Of a stretch of DNA of 32,611 nt, positions 6,504 through 14,146 are shown one piece after another; position 1 is the first letter of the stretch; each line of letters starts with the position of its first letter. The notes under the pieces were generated by a model, which did no database searches, was not told the origin of the DNA, and was given only the letters and a program-made list of their open reading frames with translations. Source of the stretch: a virus; IMG/VR virus record IMGVR_UViG_3300016484_000217, positions 1 through 32,611 of that record; one strand, written 5' to 3'. The translations under genes were made by a program, and so were the position numbers.

Positions 6504-6930
6504 ACAATGTTCAAATGGTAAATGGAGAATAGGAAGTGGAGATTGTATTTACGATACAAAAGAAAAAGCTATTGAAGTTTGGAGAGCAATTCTTGCTTCA
6601 GGAGAATACGAGAAACCTAAAATCTCTTTTGATTACGATGGAGTGCTTTCAACCGATAAAGGAAAAGCTAAAGCTAAAGAGTTATCTAAAGATGCTACTA
6701 TTTATATAATCTCGGCTCGTTCAGACAAAGAGGGAATGTTAGCTACGGCTAAAGAATTAGGCATACCTAGTTCACGAGTATTCGCTACTGGCTCAAATAA
6801 AGAAAAAGTAGCCACGATAGATAGATTAGGAATCTCTACACATTATGACAATAATCCGAAAGTAATTGAAGAAGTAAGACAATTAGATAATGTTAAAGGG
6901 TTGAACTTTGAGATACGAAATCTGGGTTAA
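6493..6930 (+). CDS. Capless HAD-superfamily phosphatase (nucleotidase- or phosphoesterase-like)
   Basis: 145 aa. HAD motifs: I FDYDGVL (DxDxV), II IYIISARS, Lys in GSNKEKV, IV THYDNNPKV. No cap insert is evident. There is an extra ~40-aa N-terminal module (NGKWRIGSGDCIYDTKEKAIEVW). It overlaps the GT-B gene by 11 nt. Confidence 0.6.
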   Translation: MPVRQCSNGKWRIGSGDCIYDTKEKAIEVWRAILASGEYEKPKISFDYDGVLSTDKGKAKAKELSKDATIYIISARSDKEGMLATAKELGIPSSRVFATGSNKEKVATIDRLGISTHYDNNPKVIEEVRQLDNVKGLNFEIRNLG

Positions 6931-7066
6931 TTATCGCCTAGCTAATTACCCAACCGATGAAATAGAGTTTGAAGAACTATTAAACGATATAGTTACTTTA
7001 CTTAGAGAAAATACTTTGCCTGGAGTTGTAGAAGAACATCTAGGCATTTACATAAACCTAAACTAA
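6908..7066 (+). CDS. Possible 52-aa ORF with a TTG start (..WVNYRLANYPTDEIEFEELLNDIVTLLRENTLPGVVEEHLGIYINLN)
   Basis: Hand translation of the frame open from 6905. Its stop overlaps the next ATG (TAATG at 7064..7068). There is no ATG start. It fills the 135-nt apparent gap. Confidence 0.3.
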   Translation: MRYEIWVNYRLANYPTDEIEFEELLNDIVTLLRENTLPGVVEEHLGIYINLN

Positions 7067-7416
7067 TGATAACACTACCTGGACAAATCGAAAGCATAGC
7101 ATCAAGGAAAGACAAATCGGTTAAATTAACTATTGGAACGCAAGAATTACACCCTAGTCAAGCTTCCGAATTGTTTAGTTTAAATCAGCAATTCTGCTAT
7201 ATTGCTTTGAAGCCAGAGCATTTTACGAAAGAAGAAACCGATGCTTTAGATGAACTAAAGACCGATTTAGATACTATCAAAACACCGAGCCAACGATTGA
7301 GAGCAATCTTATATGTTAATTATCAACAAGATAGTAAAGGATATAAGGACTTTCAAACTTACTATTTATCAATAATGGATAAAATCTGTGAGCATTACAA
7401 ATCAAAATTAGATTAA
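7066..7416 (+). CDS. Hypothetical protein
   Basis: 116-aa ORF upstream of terS containing the motif KTPSQRLRAILY. Function not recognised. Confidence 0.55.
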   Translation: MITLPGQIESIASRKDKSVKLTIGTQELHPSQASELFSLNQQFCYIALKPEHFTKEETDALDELKTDLDTIKTPSQRLRAILYVNYQQDSKGYKDFQTYYLSIMDKICEHYKSKLD

Positions 7417-7453
7417 GGGTTACCTTTAAAAAATAGTGAGATAAAAGAGAAGT

Positions 7454-7816
7454 ATGGCTAATATTCAAAACCTTAAACCATTTCAAAAGGGTCAAGTTGC
7501 TAATCCGAATGGCAGACCGAGAAAGTATGTCAGTCAATTAAAGGAGCAAGGGTATAAGATTTCGGAAGTAAACGATGCGATTCAAACCTTGATGTCTATG
7601 GATTTAGAGGAGTTGAAATCGGTGTTGGATAATCCAAAAGCTACGATATTGGAACTAACGATGGCTAAGGCGATGCTTAAATCGTTACAAAATGGGTCTT
7701 TGTATTCGCTTGAAACTTTATTAACTAGGACTTTTGGTAAGCCAACCGAGAAGCAATTAGTTCAGTCGGATAGTAGGATTGAGGTAGTTTTTGTAGATGG
7801 AAAGACAATACTTTAA
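7454..7816 (+). CDS. terS: Terminase small subunit
   Basis: The N-terminal NLKPFQKGQVANPNGRPRK motif is typical of a widespread small-terminase family. It lies upstream of terL. Confidence 0.6.
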   Translation: MANIQNLKPFQKGQVANPNGRPRKYVSQLKEQGYKISEVNDAIQTLMSMDLEELKSVLDNPKATILELTMAKAMLKSLQNGSLYSLETLLTRTFGKPTEKQLVQSDSRIEVVFVDGKTIL

Positions 7817-7997
7817 TCAAAATGCTATTAGACGCATTTTAAAGTACCTAGATTTGATTATCTTTTAAAAGTAGTATAAATACTAGGTTAAAAAAATAAG
7901 CCAACCTAGAGCTTCTAAATGCGTTTAAAATGAATTAGGTCAAAAATAAGTGTTTATGCTTAGTTTAAAGTTTTCCCTTAACAATCCCTTTCAAATA

Positions 7998-8030
7998 CTT
8001 ATTCTTATTCCTTTTCTTCTTCTTATTCTT
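7998..8030. repeat. Pyrimidine-rich tract with CTTATTCTT x2 (7998..8006 and 8022..8030)
   Basis: Read directly. The same 9-mer occurs twice on the complementary strand of 4373..4407. Confidence 0.8.
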
Positions 8031-8043
8031 ACACCATATCCAA

Positions 8044-8074
8044 TACCCTATTTGGTAGGGTACTAAATACCCTA
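8044..8074. promoter_or_regulatory. Three alternating half-sites TACCCTA-tttgg-TAGGGTA-ctaaa-TACCCTA, 18 nt upstream of the terL ATG
   Basis: Read directly. The 12-mer AATACCCTATTT is repeated at 8042..8053 and 8066..8077. The site is related to 4342..4360. Confidence 0.5.
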
Positions 8075-8092
8075 TTTCAGAAAATCCATAAT

Positions 8093-9244
8093 ATGCGTTT
8101 AGAGTTACCAAAACCACATATCAACCAAAAGCAAATTCTAGATTGTACTTCTAGGTTTAGAGTAGTGATGGCAGGTAGAAGATTTGGAAAGTCCGAACTA
8201 TCTCAAATAGAATTAATAATCAATGCTTTACAAGGAAAGAAAGTAGCTTATATAACACCTACATACCAATTAGCAAGAGTATTCTTTGACCAGCTTACAA
8301 AACTATTACCTTTTGAATGTAACAAGTCCGAACTTTCTATCAAATTCGTAAACGATGGCTCGGTTGAGTTCTTTACTGGAGAACGGCTAGACAACCTACG
8401 AGGTCGCAAGTTTCACTTAGTTGTAATTGATGAAGCTTCGTTTATCCCTGACTTAGAAAATGGTTGGCTTAATTCTATTAGACCTACCCTAACAGATTAC
8501 AAAGGTCGGGCATTATTCATATCAACTCCTAAAGGTAGAAACTACTTTTATTCACTTTTCTTAAAGAATGGAGAAACCGATTGGCAAAGCTTTAAGTTTA
8601 CTACATACGATAATCCTTACATAGACAAAGCCGAAATAGACGATGCTAGAGTTCAACTACCAGAAGTGGTGTTTGAGCAAGAGTATATGGCTAATCCTAG
8701 CGAGAATGCATCTAATCCATTCGGTAGTGCTTATATCAAACAATGTACATATCCGATTAGTAATGAACAACCTATCGTATATGGAATTGACTTAGCTAAA
8801 TCTGTAGACCATACAGTTATTATCGGACTTGATAGAAACGGAAGTGTTTGCTATTTTGATAGATTCCAAAAGGATTGGAGAATGACAAAGCAAGTCATTA
8901 ACTCATTACCTAAAGCACCTATCCTAATAGATTCTACCGGAGTTGGCGACCCAATCTTCGAGGACTTACAAAGAGATGGCTTAAACATTACTGGTCAAAA
9001 ATTTAGCCAAACTACCAAGCAACAAATGATGATAGGACTAGCGAGTGCTATTCAACAAAGAAAGATAACATTCCCAGAGGGAACGATTACGCAAGAACTA
9101 GAAATATTTGAGTATCAATATACGGCAACTGGGGTTAAGTACTCAGCACCGCAAGGATTCCACGATGACTGCGTTATGGCTTTAGGTCTAGCTTGGAAGC
9201 ATTACACTGAAAATAAAGTAATGGGTAATTATTCCTTTGCCTGA
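8093..9244 (+). CDS. terL: Terminase large subunit
   Basis: 383 aa. Walker A is MAGRRFGKSE and Walker B is HLVVIDEASF. The C-terminal nuclease-like acidic motifs are GIDLAKSVDHT and FHDDCVMAL. Confidence 0.85.
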   Translation: MRLELPKPHINQKQILDCTSRFRVVMAGRRFGKSELSQIELIINALQGKKVAYITPTYQLARVFFDQLTKLLPFECNKSELSIKFVNDGSVEFFTGERLDNLRGRKFHLVVIDEASFIPDLENGWLNSIRPTLTDYKGRALFISTPKGRNYFYSLFLKNGETDWQSFKFTTYDNPYIDKAEIDDARVQLPEVVFEQEYMANPSENASNPFGSAYIKQCTYPISNEQPIVYGIDLAKSVDHTVIIGLDRNGSVCYFDRFQKDWRMTKQVINSLPKAPILIDSTGVGDPIFEDLQRDGLNITGQKFSQTTKQQMMIGLASAIQQRKITFPEGTITQELEIFEYQYTATGVKYSAPQGFHDDCVMALGLAWKHYTENKVMGNYSFA

Positions 9245-9248
9245 TTCA

Positions 9249-9293
9249 TACGAAAAAATGTATTAATACTACATTTATTGGTACGAAAAAATG
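9249..9293. repeat. 12-bp direct repeat TACGAAAAAATG x2 (9249..9260 and 9282..9293)
   Basis: Read directly in the terL-downstream intergenic region. Confidence 0.8.
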
Positions 9294-9322
9294 CACAATA
9301 ACTAATTTTATGTTATTATGCA
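9292..9322 (+). promoter_or_regulatory. Imperfect hairpin TGCACAATAAC-(9 nt)-GTTATTATGCA
   Basis: 10 of 11 positions pair (hand check). It overlaps the second 12-bp repeat and lies just upstream of ORF 9332/9371. Confidence 0.4.
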
Positions 9323-9331
9323 TATCGCTGT

Positions 9332-10033
9332 TTGCAAACAACAAACGAACTAAAAAAGCTATTTAACTATATGAACTGGAAAGATATATCCGTATTTCAA
9401 TGGCAACAACTTACCAACTTATTCGTTAAGGAAAAGCTTGATGAATTTGAGTTGTCATTAAAGACATTGGCTATTTGCAAAGGTATGACCGAGAACGAAG
9501 TAGATTCTCTTTCAATGCAAGAGTTAAAAGAAAAGCTACAAGAGATTGAGTTTGTACACAAAGAAATTGAGCCAAAAGCCGAAAAGTATATTAAAGTAAA
9601 CGGAAGAAAGTATAAGTGTATCTACGATGTTCGTAAGATGCCAGTTTCAAGATATATTGAAACTAAATACTTTAGCACCGATGTTAATAACAATCTACAC
9701 AAGATAATGGCTTCAATGGTACTGCCGATGAAGAAAACTTTGTTAGGTTGGAAAGTAGATAAGTTTGATGCAAGTAAGCACGAAGAATATGCACAAGATA
9801 TGCTAGAAGCACCAATAACTTCTGTTCTCGGAAGTGTGGTTTTTTTTTATCTAGTATATCAGAATTGGATAAAGGTTTCAAAGGATTATTTGATAGCGGA
9901 GATGTCGCAGAAGATGACGATGGAAGAAGCCGAAGCGGTGTATCAAACTTTATGCGAGATTTCGGTTGGATTTACCAAGCCGAGTTGGTTGCAAAGTATG
10001 AACGAATCAAAGTATCAGAAGCTTATGAGTTAA
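9332..10033 (+). CDS. Structural-module protein, zero-frame product of a two-frame gene (possible tail-assembly-chaperone-like G product)
   Basis: 233 aa from TTG 9332; the first ATG is at 9371 (MNWKDISVF...). It contains the T9 run at 9840..9848 and overlaps the -1 frame ORF. Confidence 0.5.
   Translation: MQTTNELKKLFNYMNWKDISVFQWQQLTNLFVKEKLDEFELSLKTLAICKGMTENEVDSLSMQELKEKLQEIEFVHKEIEPKAEKYIKVNGRKYKCIYDVRKMPVSRYIETKYFSTDVNNNLHKIMASMVLPMKKTLLGWKVDKFDASKHEEYAQDMLEAPITSVLGSVVFFYLVYQNWIKVSKDYLIAEMSQKMTMEEAEAVYQTLCEISVGFTKPSWLQSMNESKYQKLMS
9841..9847 (+). other. Putative -1 programmed frameshift heptamer T TTT TTT (within the T9 run 9840..9848)
   Basis: In the zero frame the codons read GTT TTT TTT TAT. 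The -1 frame is open from 9778 to 10125 (hand check for stops). Confidence 0.4.
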
Positions 10034-10125
10034 GCACTATTAACTTCTTAAATGACCTATCTTATCTAAAAGCTAAAAGCGAGTACGAATCGGAGCAACT
10101 AAAAAAAGCTTATGGCAAAAAGTAG
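9865..10125 (+). CDS. -1 frame ORF, probably expressed as a C-terminal extension of 9332.. by frameshifting rather than independently
   Basis: The track ORF starts at TTG with no ATG. The frame is open upstream to 9778, across the slippery run. It encodes ...DFGWIYQAELVAKYERIKVSEAYELSTINFLNDLSYLKAKSEYESEQLKK and ends overlapping the next gene's start. Confidence 0.4.
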   Translation: MDKGFKGLFDSGDVAEDDDGRSRSGVSNFMRDFGWIYQAELVAKYERIKVSEAYELSTINFLNDLSYLKAKSEYESEQLKKAYGKK

Positions 10126-10798
10126 TAAACAGATTGAAGAAGAAGTTTTAAGTTTCTTAGATACTTTAGGAACTTCTCAAAGCGAGATGCAACTTGCTCA
10201 ATTTAAGGGCATCTCTAAATTCGTTTATGAAAGTGCCGTTACCTTTTTACAAACCGCAAAAGATAATATTCGTAAGGAGTCTATCGTAGATACTGGTAGA
10301 TTAGAATCAGACCTAACATTTGAAATGGAAGAAAACGGAACTATCATATCCGTTTCTATTGGTTATCCTAAAAATAGTCCAGCTTCAAAGTATTATGATT
10401 ATGTAAACAAAGGAGTTAAGGGAGTTAAGAGTGGAAGTCCGAACTCGCAATATAAATTTAAGTCCGTATATCCTAGTAAGAAAATGGTTGCCAATATATC
10501 TCAATGGGTGCGTAGGCATAGTTTAAGAGATAAATACGAGGGAGCAGTAAATAAGACCAAATTAGGAAAGAAACGAGCATCTATTAAGAAATTAACAAGT
10601 CAAGCTAAGAAACAAAAGAGTTTGGCTTTTGCCATATCCTCTGGAATCAAAAGGCGAGGACTTCGTAGAACTTTATTCTTTGATAATGCCGTAACAAAAG
10701 TGTTTGGGCAAGATTTCACTAATTCGCTATCTAAAATCATAGGAGCAGAAATAACTCTTAGTATAAAATCTAGTTTCAATGGCGATAACAATAAATAG
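10112..10798 (+). CDS. HK97-gp10-like neck/tail-completion protein
   Basis: 228 aa. IVDTGRLESDL and YYDYVNKGV resemble the DTGxL / Y.x.vE.G motifs of the gp10 family. It has a Lys/Arg-rich insert. Confidence 0.4.
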   Translation: MAKSSKQIEEEVLSFLDTLGTSQSEMQLAQFKGISKFVYESAVTFLQTAKDNIRKESIVDTGRLESDLTFEMEENGTIISVSIGYPKNSPASKYYDYVNKGVKGVKSGSPNSQYKFKSVYPSKKMVANISQWVRRHSLRDKYEGAVNKTKLGKKRASIKKLTSQAKKQKSLAFAISSGIKRRGLRRTLFFDNAVTKVFGQDFTNSLSKIIGAEITLSIKSSFNGDNNK

Positions 10799-11975
10799 TA
10801 GTCCAAGTGCTTATCAATCAATAAATGATAAGAATTGGTGGGTAGTAACATCAACTAATACTAGCGAAACAAACTTTAAATATGTTTGCGATATTTATGT
10901 AGCTAGTAACTTAGTGGCAAGATTAAAAAGCTTTCCGAATCCGAATAATAACAAAGGCATCTTTGATGTAGCCAATGTAATTAAAAACTACCTAGCGAAC
11001 TATTTTCTAGTAGGTAGTGGAACTTATGACATAGCTTACGATACGAGCAATATCTATGTATCTTACGAGGTTAAATTTGGAGAAGAATATGGTGGTACAA
11101 CTTATTTAAACTTAACTACGGCTACTAAAACGGCTTACAATTATATCGCTGACCTTATGAGTAGTGTGGCTTATTTCAATGCTACTCAATACGATGATTA
11201 CCCAACTCAGTTTAAGTTTTTGACTAAAAGAGATTTACTTTCTTTAAAGACAACTAGAAGTGCGAGTAAGTTATTTATTCCTTTTCTAAGTCCTACTCAA
11301 AATGTAAGTGCAGATTATCAGATTTGGATAGATACCTATTCAAATGGAACGCAAATCAATACCGATACTGGAGATGAACTTATGCTAACCGATTTAGCAC
11401 AATTTGACTTTTCTATTTCGGCTATTAATGAATATGTTGGATATGAACTAATTACTTCAAGCATTGATGCTTATGTGATTAGATTGATTTTAAACGAAAC
11501 CGAAGTACAACAAGCTAAAGTAACTATCGTTTGCGAAAGCAAGTTTACACCAATTCCATTGCATTTCTTAAACTCTTTAGGTGGTTACGAAACAATGGTA
11601 TTTGATTTAGTAAATAAGCAAAATAGAAGCTTAGAAAAGAAATCATTTGAGCAATATGAGTGGGAATATAACTCTAGTTCAACTTCAATGGATAGAACTA
11701 ACCAATACGGAGTTTTAAATGGTGGCTCTAAGACATTTTGGAATCAGCAATCCGTTACTTATCATTTAATCTCGGACTATGTTACTTTGACCGATTATAC
11801 TTGGTTAAGAGATTTATTAATGTCGCCAGAGGTTTATACGGAAATAAACGGAGTGATAGTTCCAGTAACAATGACTACAAATACTTGGAACGAAAAGAAA
11901 CGATACACCGATAAAGTTTACAATTTAGAGTTAGACATAGAACTAGCTTCAAAAGTTAATGGACAAGCAAGATGA
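10779..11975 (+). CDS. Tail/baseplate structural protein (distal-tail-like)
   Basis: 398 aa with a beta-rich, Asn/Thr/Tyr-rich composition. It overlaps both neighbours in the tail gene block. Confidence 0.4.
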   Translation: MAITINSSPSAYQSINDKNWWVVTSTNTSETNFKYVCDIYVASNLVARLKSFPNPNNNKGIFDVANVIKNYLANYFLVGSGTYDIAYDTSNIYVSYEVKFGEEYGGTTYLNLTTATKTAYNYIADLMSSVAYFNATQYDDYPTQFKFLTKRDLLSLKTTRSASKLFIPFLSPTQNVSADYQIWIDTYSNGTQINTDTGDELMLTDLAQFDFSISAINEYVGYELITSSIDAYVIRLILNETEVQQAKVTIVCESKFTPIPLHFLNSLGGYETMVFDLVNKQNRSLEKKSFEQYEWEYNSSSTSMDRTNQYGVLNGGSKTFWNQQSVTYHLISDYVTLTDYTWLRDLLMSPEVYTEINGVIVPVTMTTNTWNEKKRYTDKVYNLELDIELASKVNGQAR

Positions 11976-14146
11976 TAAGAACTGAAATCTTTATAGAGGG
12001 AAAGCGACTTGATTTATACAAGGATATTTCATCGGAGTTTACTTACAACATTGATGATATTAAGGATTTCTCTGCTCGTAATACAAACTTTTCTAAAACT
12101 ATAATCATACCAGGAAATGCCACTAATAATCAATTATTCGGTAATATATTCGAGTTCGGGTCTGCCAATTTTTACTCTGGAAGTACCGACAATGTGGGTT
12201 ACAACTTTAACGCTTCCAAGTCCGCAAAGTGTCTTATACTTGTAGATAAAATTCAAGTATTTAAAGGAATTATTCGTTTATTAGAAATCGTAATTGATAG
12301 AGGTAGCATAGAATATGAATGTGTGGTATTTGGAGAACTAGGTGGACTAGTTTCGGCTATCTCAAATAAGAAACTTGAAGATTTAGATTTTAGTGCCTAT
12401 AATGAACTTTACACAAAAGACAATATAACTGCATCTTGGGATTGGGCAAGTGGTACAACTGGTAAAGGATACGGACTTTATTATCCTTTGATTGACTATG
12501 GTGGATTAAGTGCTAACTCAAAGAACGATTGGCATTATCAAGCATTTAGACCTGCTCTATATGTTAAGGAATACATAGATAAGATAATCACTAATGCTGG
12601 TTATACCTATGATAGCGATTTCTTCCAAACCGCTTTATTCAAAAGGTTAATCATTCCAAATAACCAAAAGTCATTTGGTAAGGAAAAGGTCTATAATTTC
12701 CAAAGAAGAAATAGTAGTTATTCCTATACACAAGCCGATGGAACTTCAAAGCTATTTCCTTTACCTATTTCGGAGATTACTCAAAACTATACACCAAACG
12801 CAAGTAATACCGAGTTTACTTATACTGGAGCAAACTTCACTGGAACTTACGAGATAGATATTCGTTTATTTTGGGATAAGACAACTTCTATCCCTTTCCA
12901 TTTTAATGTACTAGTCAATGGAACTGTAGTAGGAACTCATACTTGGGAAAGTTCTACAAGTCCTGACCCAGTGGTATTTGAATTGGTAGCCGATGGAAAT
13001 ATCGCATTAAATACAAACGATGTAGTATCTTTTTCTTTTAGTCAAGAAGATACTTTTGCTGATTTCAATTTAACTGTTCAAGTTGGTCAAGGTTTAGTTA
13101 AGATTAAATCTTCGGCTTTAACTTTCGTAGATTATGTTATCGGAGATACTATTGATATTAACGCATCTAGTATTCCTAAAGGTATTTTCCAAAAGGACTT
13201 CTTTGCTTCTATTATTAAGATGTTTAATCTTTATGTTGTAGAAAGTACGGACAAGGAAAAGCATTTGATTATTGCTCCATATATAGATTTCTATACTGTA
13301 ACCGCAGCATTATATAAGATTAATGATGATGATTTATTATTAATTGATAATTCTAACTTCTTGCTTTTAGAAGATGCAAGTGCTAACTATTTAGATTGGA
13401 CTTACAAGATTGATAGGTCAAAACCAATGCGTTTAAAACCTATGAGTGAGTTGAATGGTCGTTATTATGAGTTTAAATACAAGCAAGATAACGATTACTA
13501 TAATGAGCAATATTTTAAAAAGTTTTCACAAGGTTATGGAGATAAACTAGAAGATACTGGCTACGAGTTTGCTAATGATAAACAGACCGCAGAGGTAATC
13601 TTTAGTTCTACTGTACTTGTAGGATATAGCGGACAAGAGAAAGTATTTCCTACAACATTCAAACTAACGAATACAAGTAATACGCAATCGGAAGATAGAA
13701 TAGACCATAATATTAGAATCTTACAAGCACATAAAGTAACCGATGTTGCTAATTGGCATATAAGAAATGATAGTGGAAACATTGATGGACACTTAAATTC
13801 TTACGGATATGCTGGACATTTGAATGACCCTGATGCACCTACAAGCGATATTAACTTTGGTGCTTCAAAGCAACTTTACTTTGGATTAGCTACCGATTTT
13901 CCAAGTGCTAACTTGTTTAATGGATATTGGAGTGATTATGTAGCCGAGATTACCGATAAGGATAGTAAGCTATTGACTTGTAATGTTCGTTTAACAGATA
14001 AGGATATTTACAATCTAGATTTCTCTAAATTGATATATATAGATGGCTCACTTTGGAGATTGAACAAAGTTATTGACTATAATCCTATGACCGAAGATAC
14101 TACGAAATGCGAATTTTTAAAAGTAATTGAATTAACATACGCATAA
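11972..14146 (+). CDS. Large tail-tip/baseplate structural protein
   Basis: 724 aa with a beta-rich composition. It is translationally coupled to both neighbours (ATGA at 11972..11975; TAATG at 14144..14148). Confidence 0.4.
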   Translation: MIRTEIFIEGKRLDLYKDISSEFTYNIDDIKDFSARNTNFSKTIIIPGNATNNQLFGNIFEFGSANFYSGSTDNVGYNFNASKSAKCLILVDKIQVFKGIIRLLEIVIDRGSIEYECVVFGELGGLVSAISNKKLEDLDFSAYNELYTKDNITASWDWASGTTGKGYGLYYPLIDYGGLSANSKNDWHYQAFRPALYVKEYIDKIITNAGYTYDSDFFQTALFKRLIIPNNQKSFGKEKVYNFQRRNSSYSYTQADGTSKLFPLPISEITQNYTPNASNTEFTYTGANFTGTYEIDIRLFWDKTTSIPFHFNVLVNGTVVGTHTWESSTSPDPVVFELVADGNIALNTNDVVSFSFSQEDTFADFNLTVQVGQGLVKIKSSALTFVDYVIGDTIDINASSIPKGIFQKDFFASIIKMFNLYVVESTDKEKHLIIAPYIDFYTVTAALYKINDDDLLLIDNSNFLLLEDASANYLDWTYKIDRSKPMRLKPMSELNGRYYEFKYKQDNDYYNEQYFKKFSQGYGDKLEDTGYEFANDKQTAEVIFSSTVLVGYSGQEKVFPTTFKLTNTSNTQSEDRIDHNIRILQAHKVTDVANWHIRNDSGNIDGHLNSYGYAGHLNDPDAPTSDINFGASKQLYFGLATDFPSANLFNGYWSDYVAEITDKDSKLLTCNVRLTDKDIYNLDFSKLIYIDGSLWRLNKVIDYNPMTEDTTKCEFLKVIELTYA

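Noticed and set aside
4339-8077. Inverted composite elements flanking a 3.6-kb segment, considered as an invertible or mobile cassette
   Set aside because: I recognised no invertase, recombinase or transposase. The two copies share short words (9-12 nt) rather than long inverted repeats. Each copy has the same polarity relative to its downstream operon, which fits promoter/operator function better.
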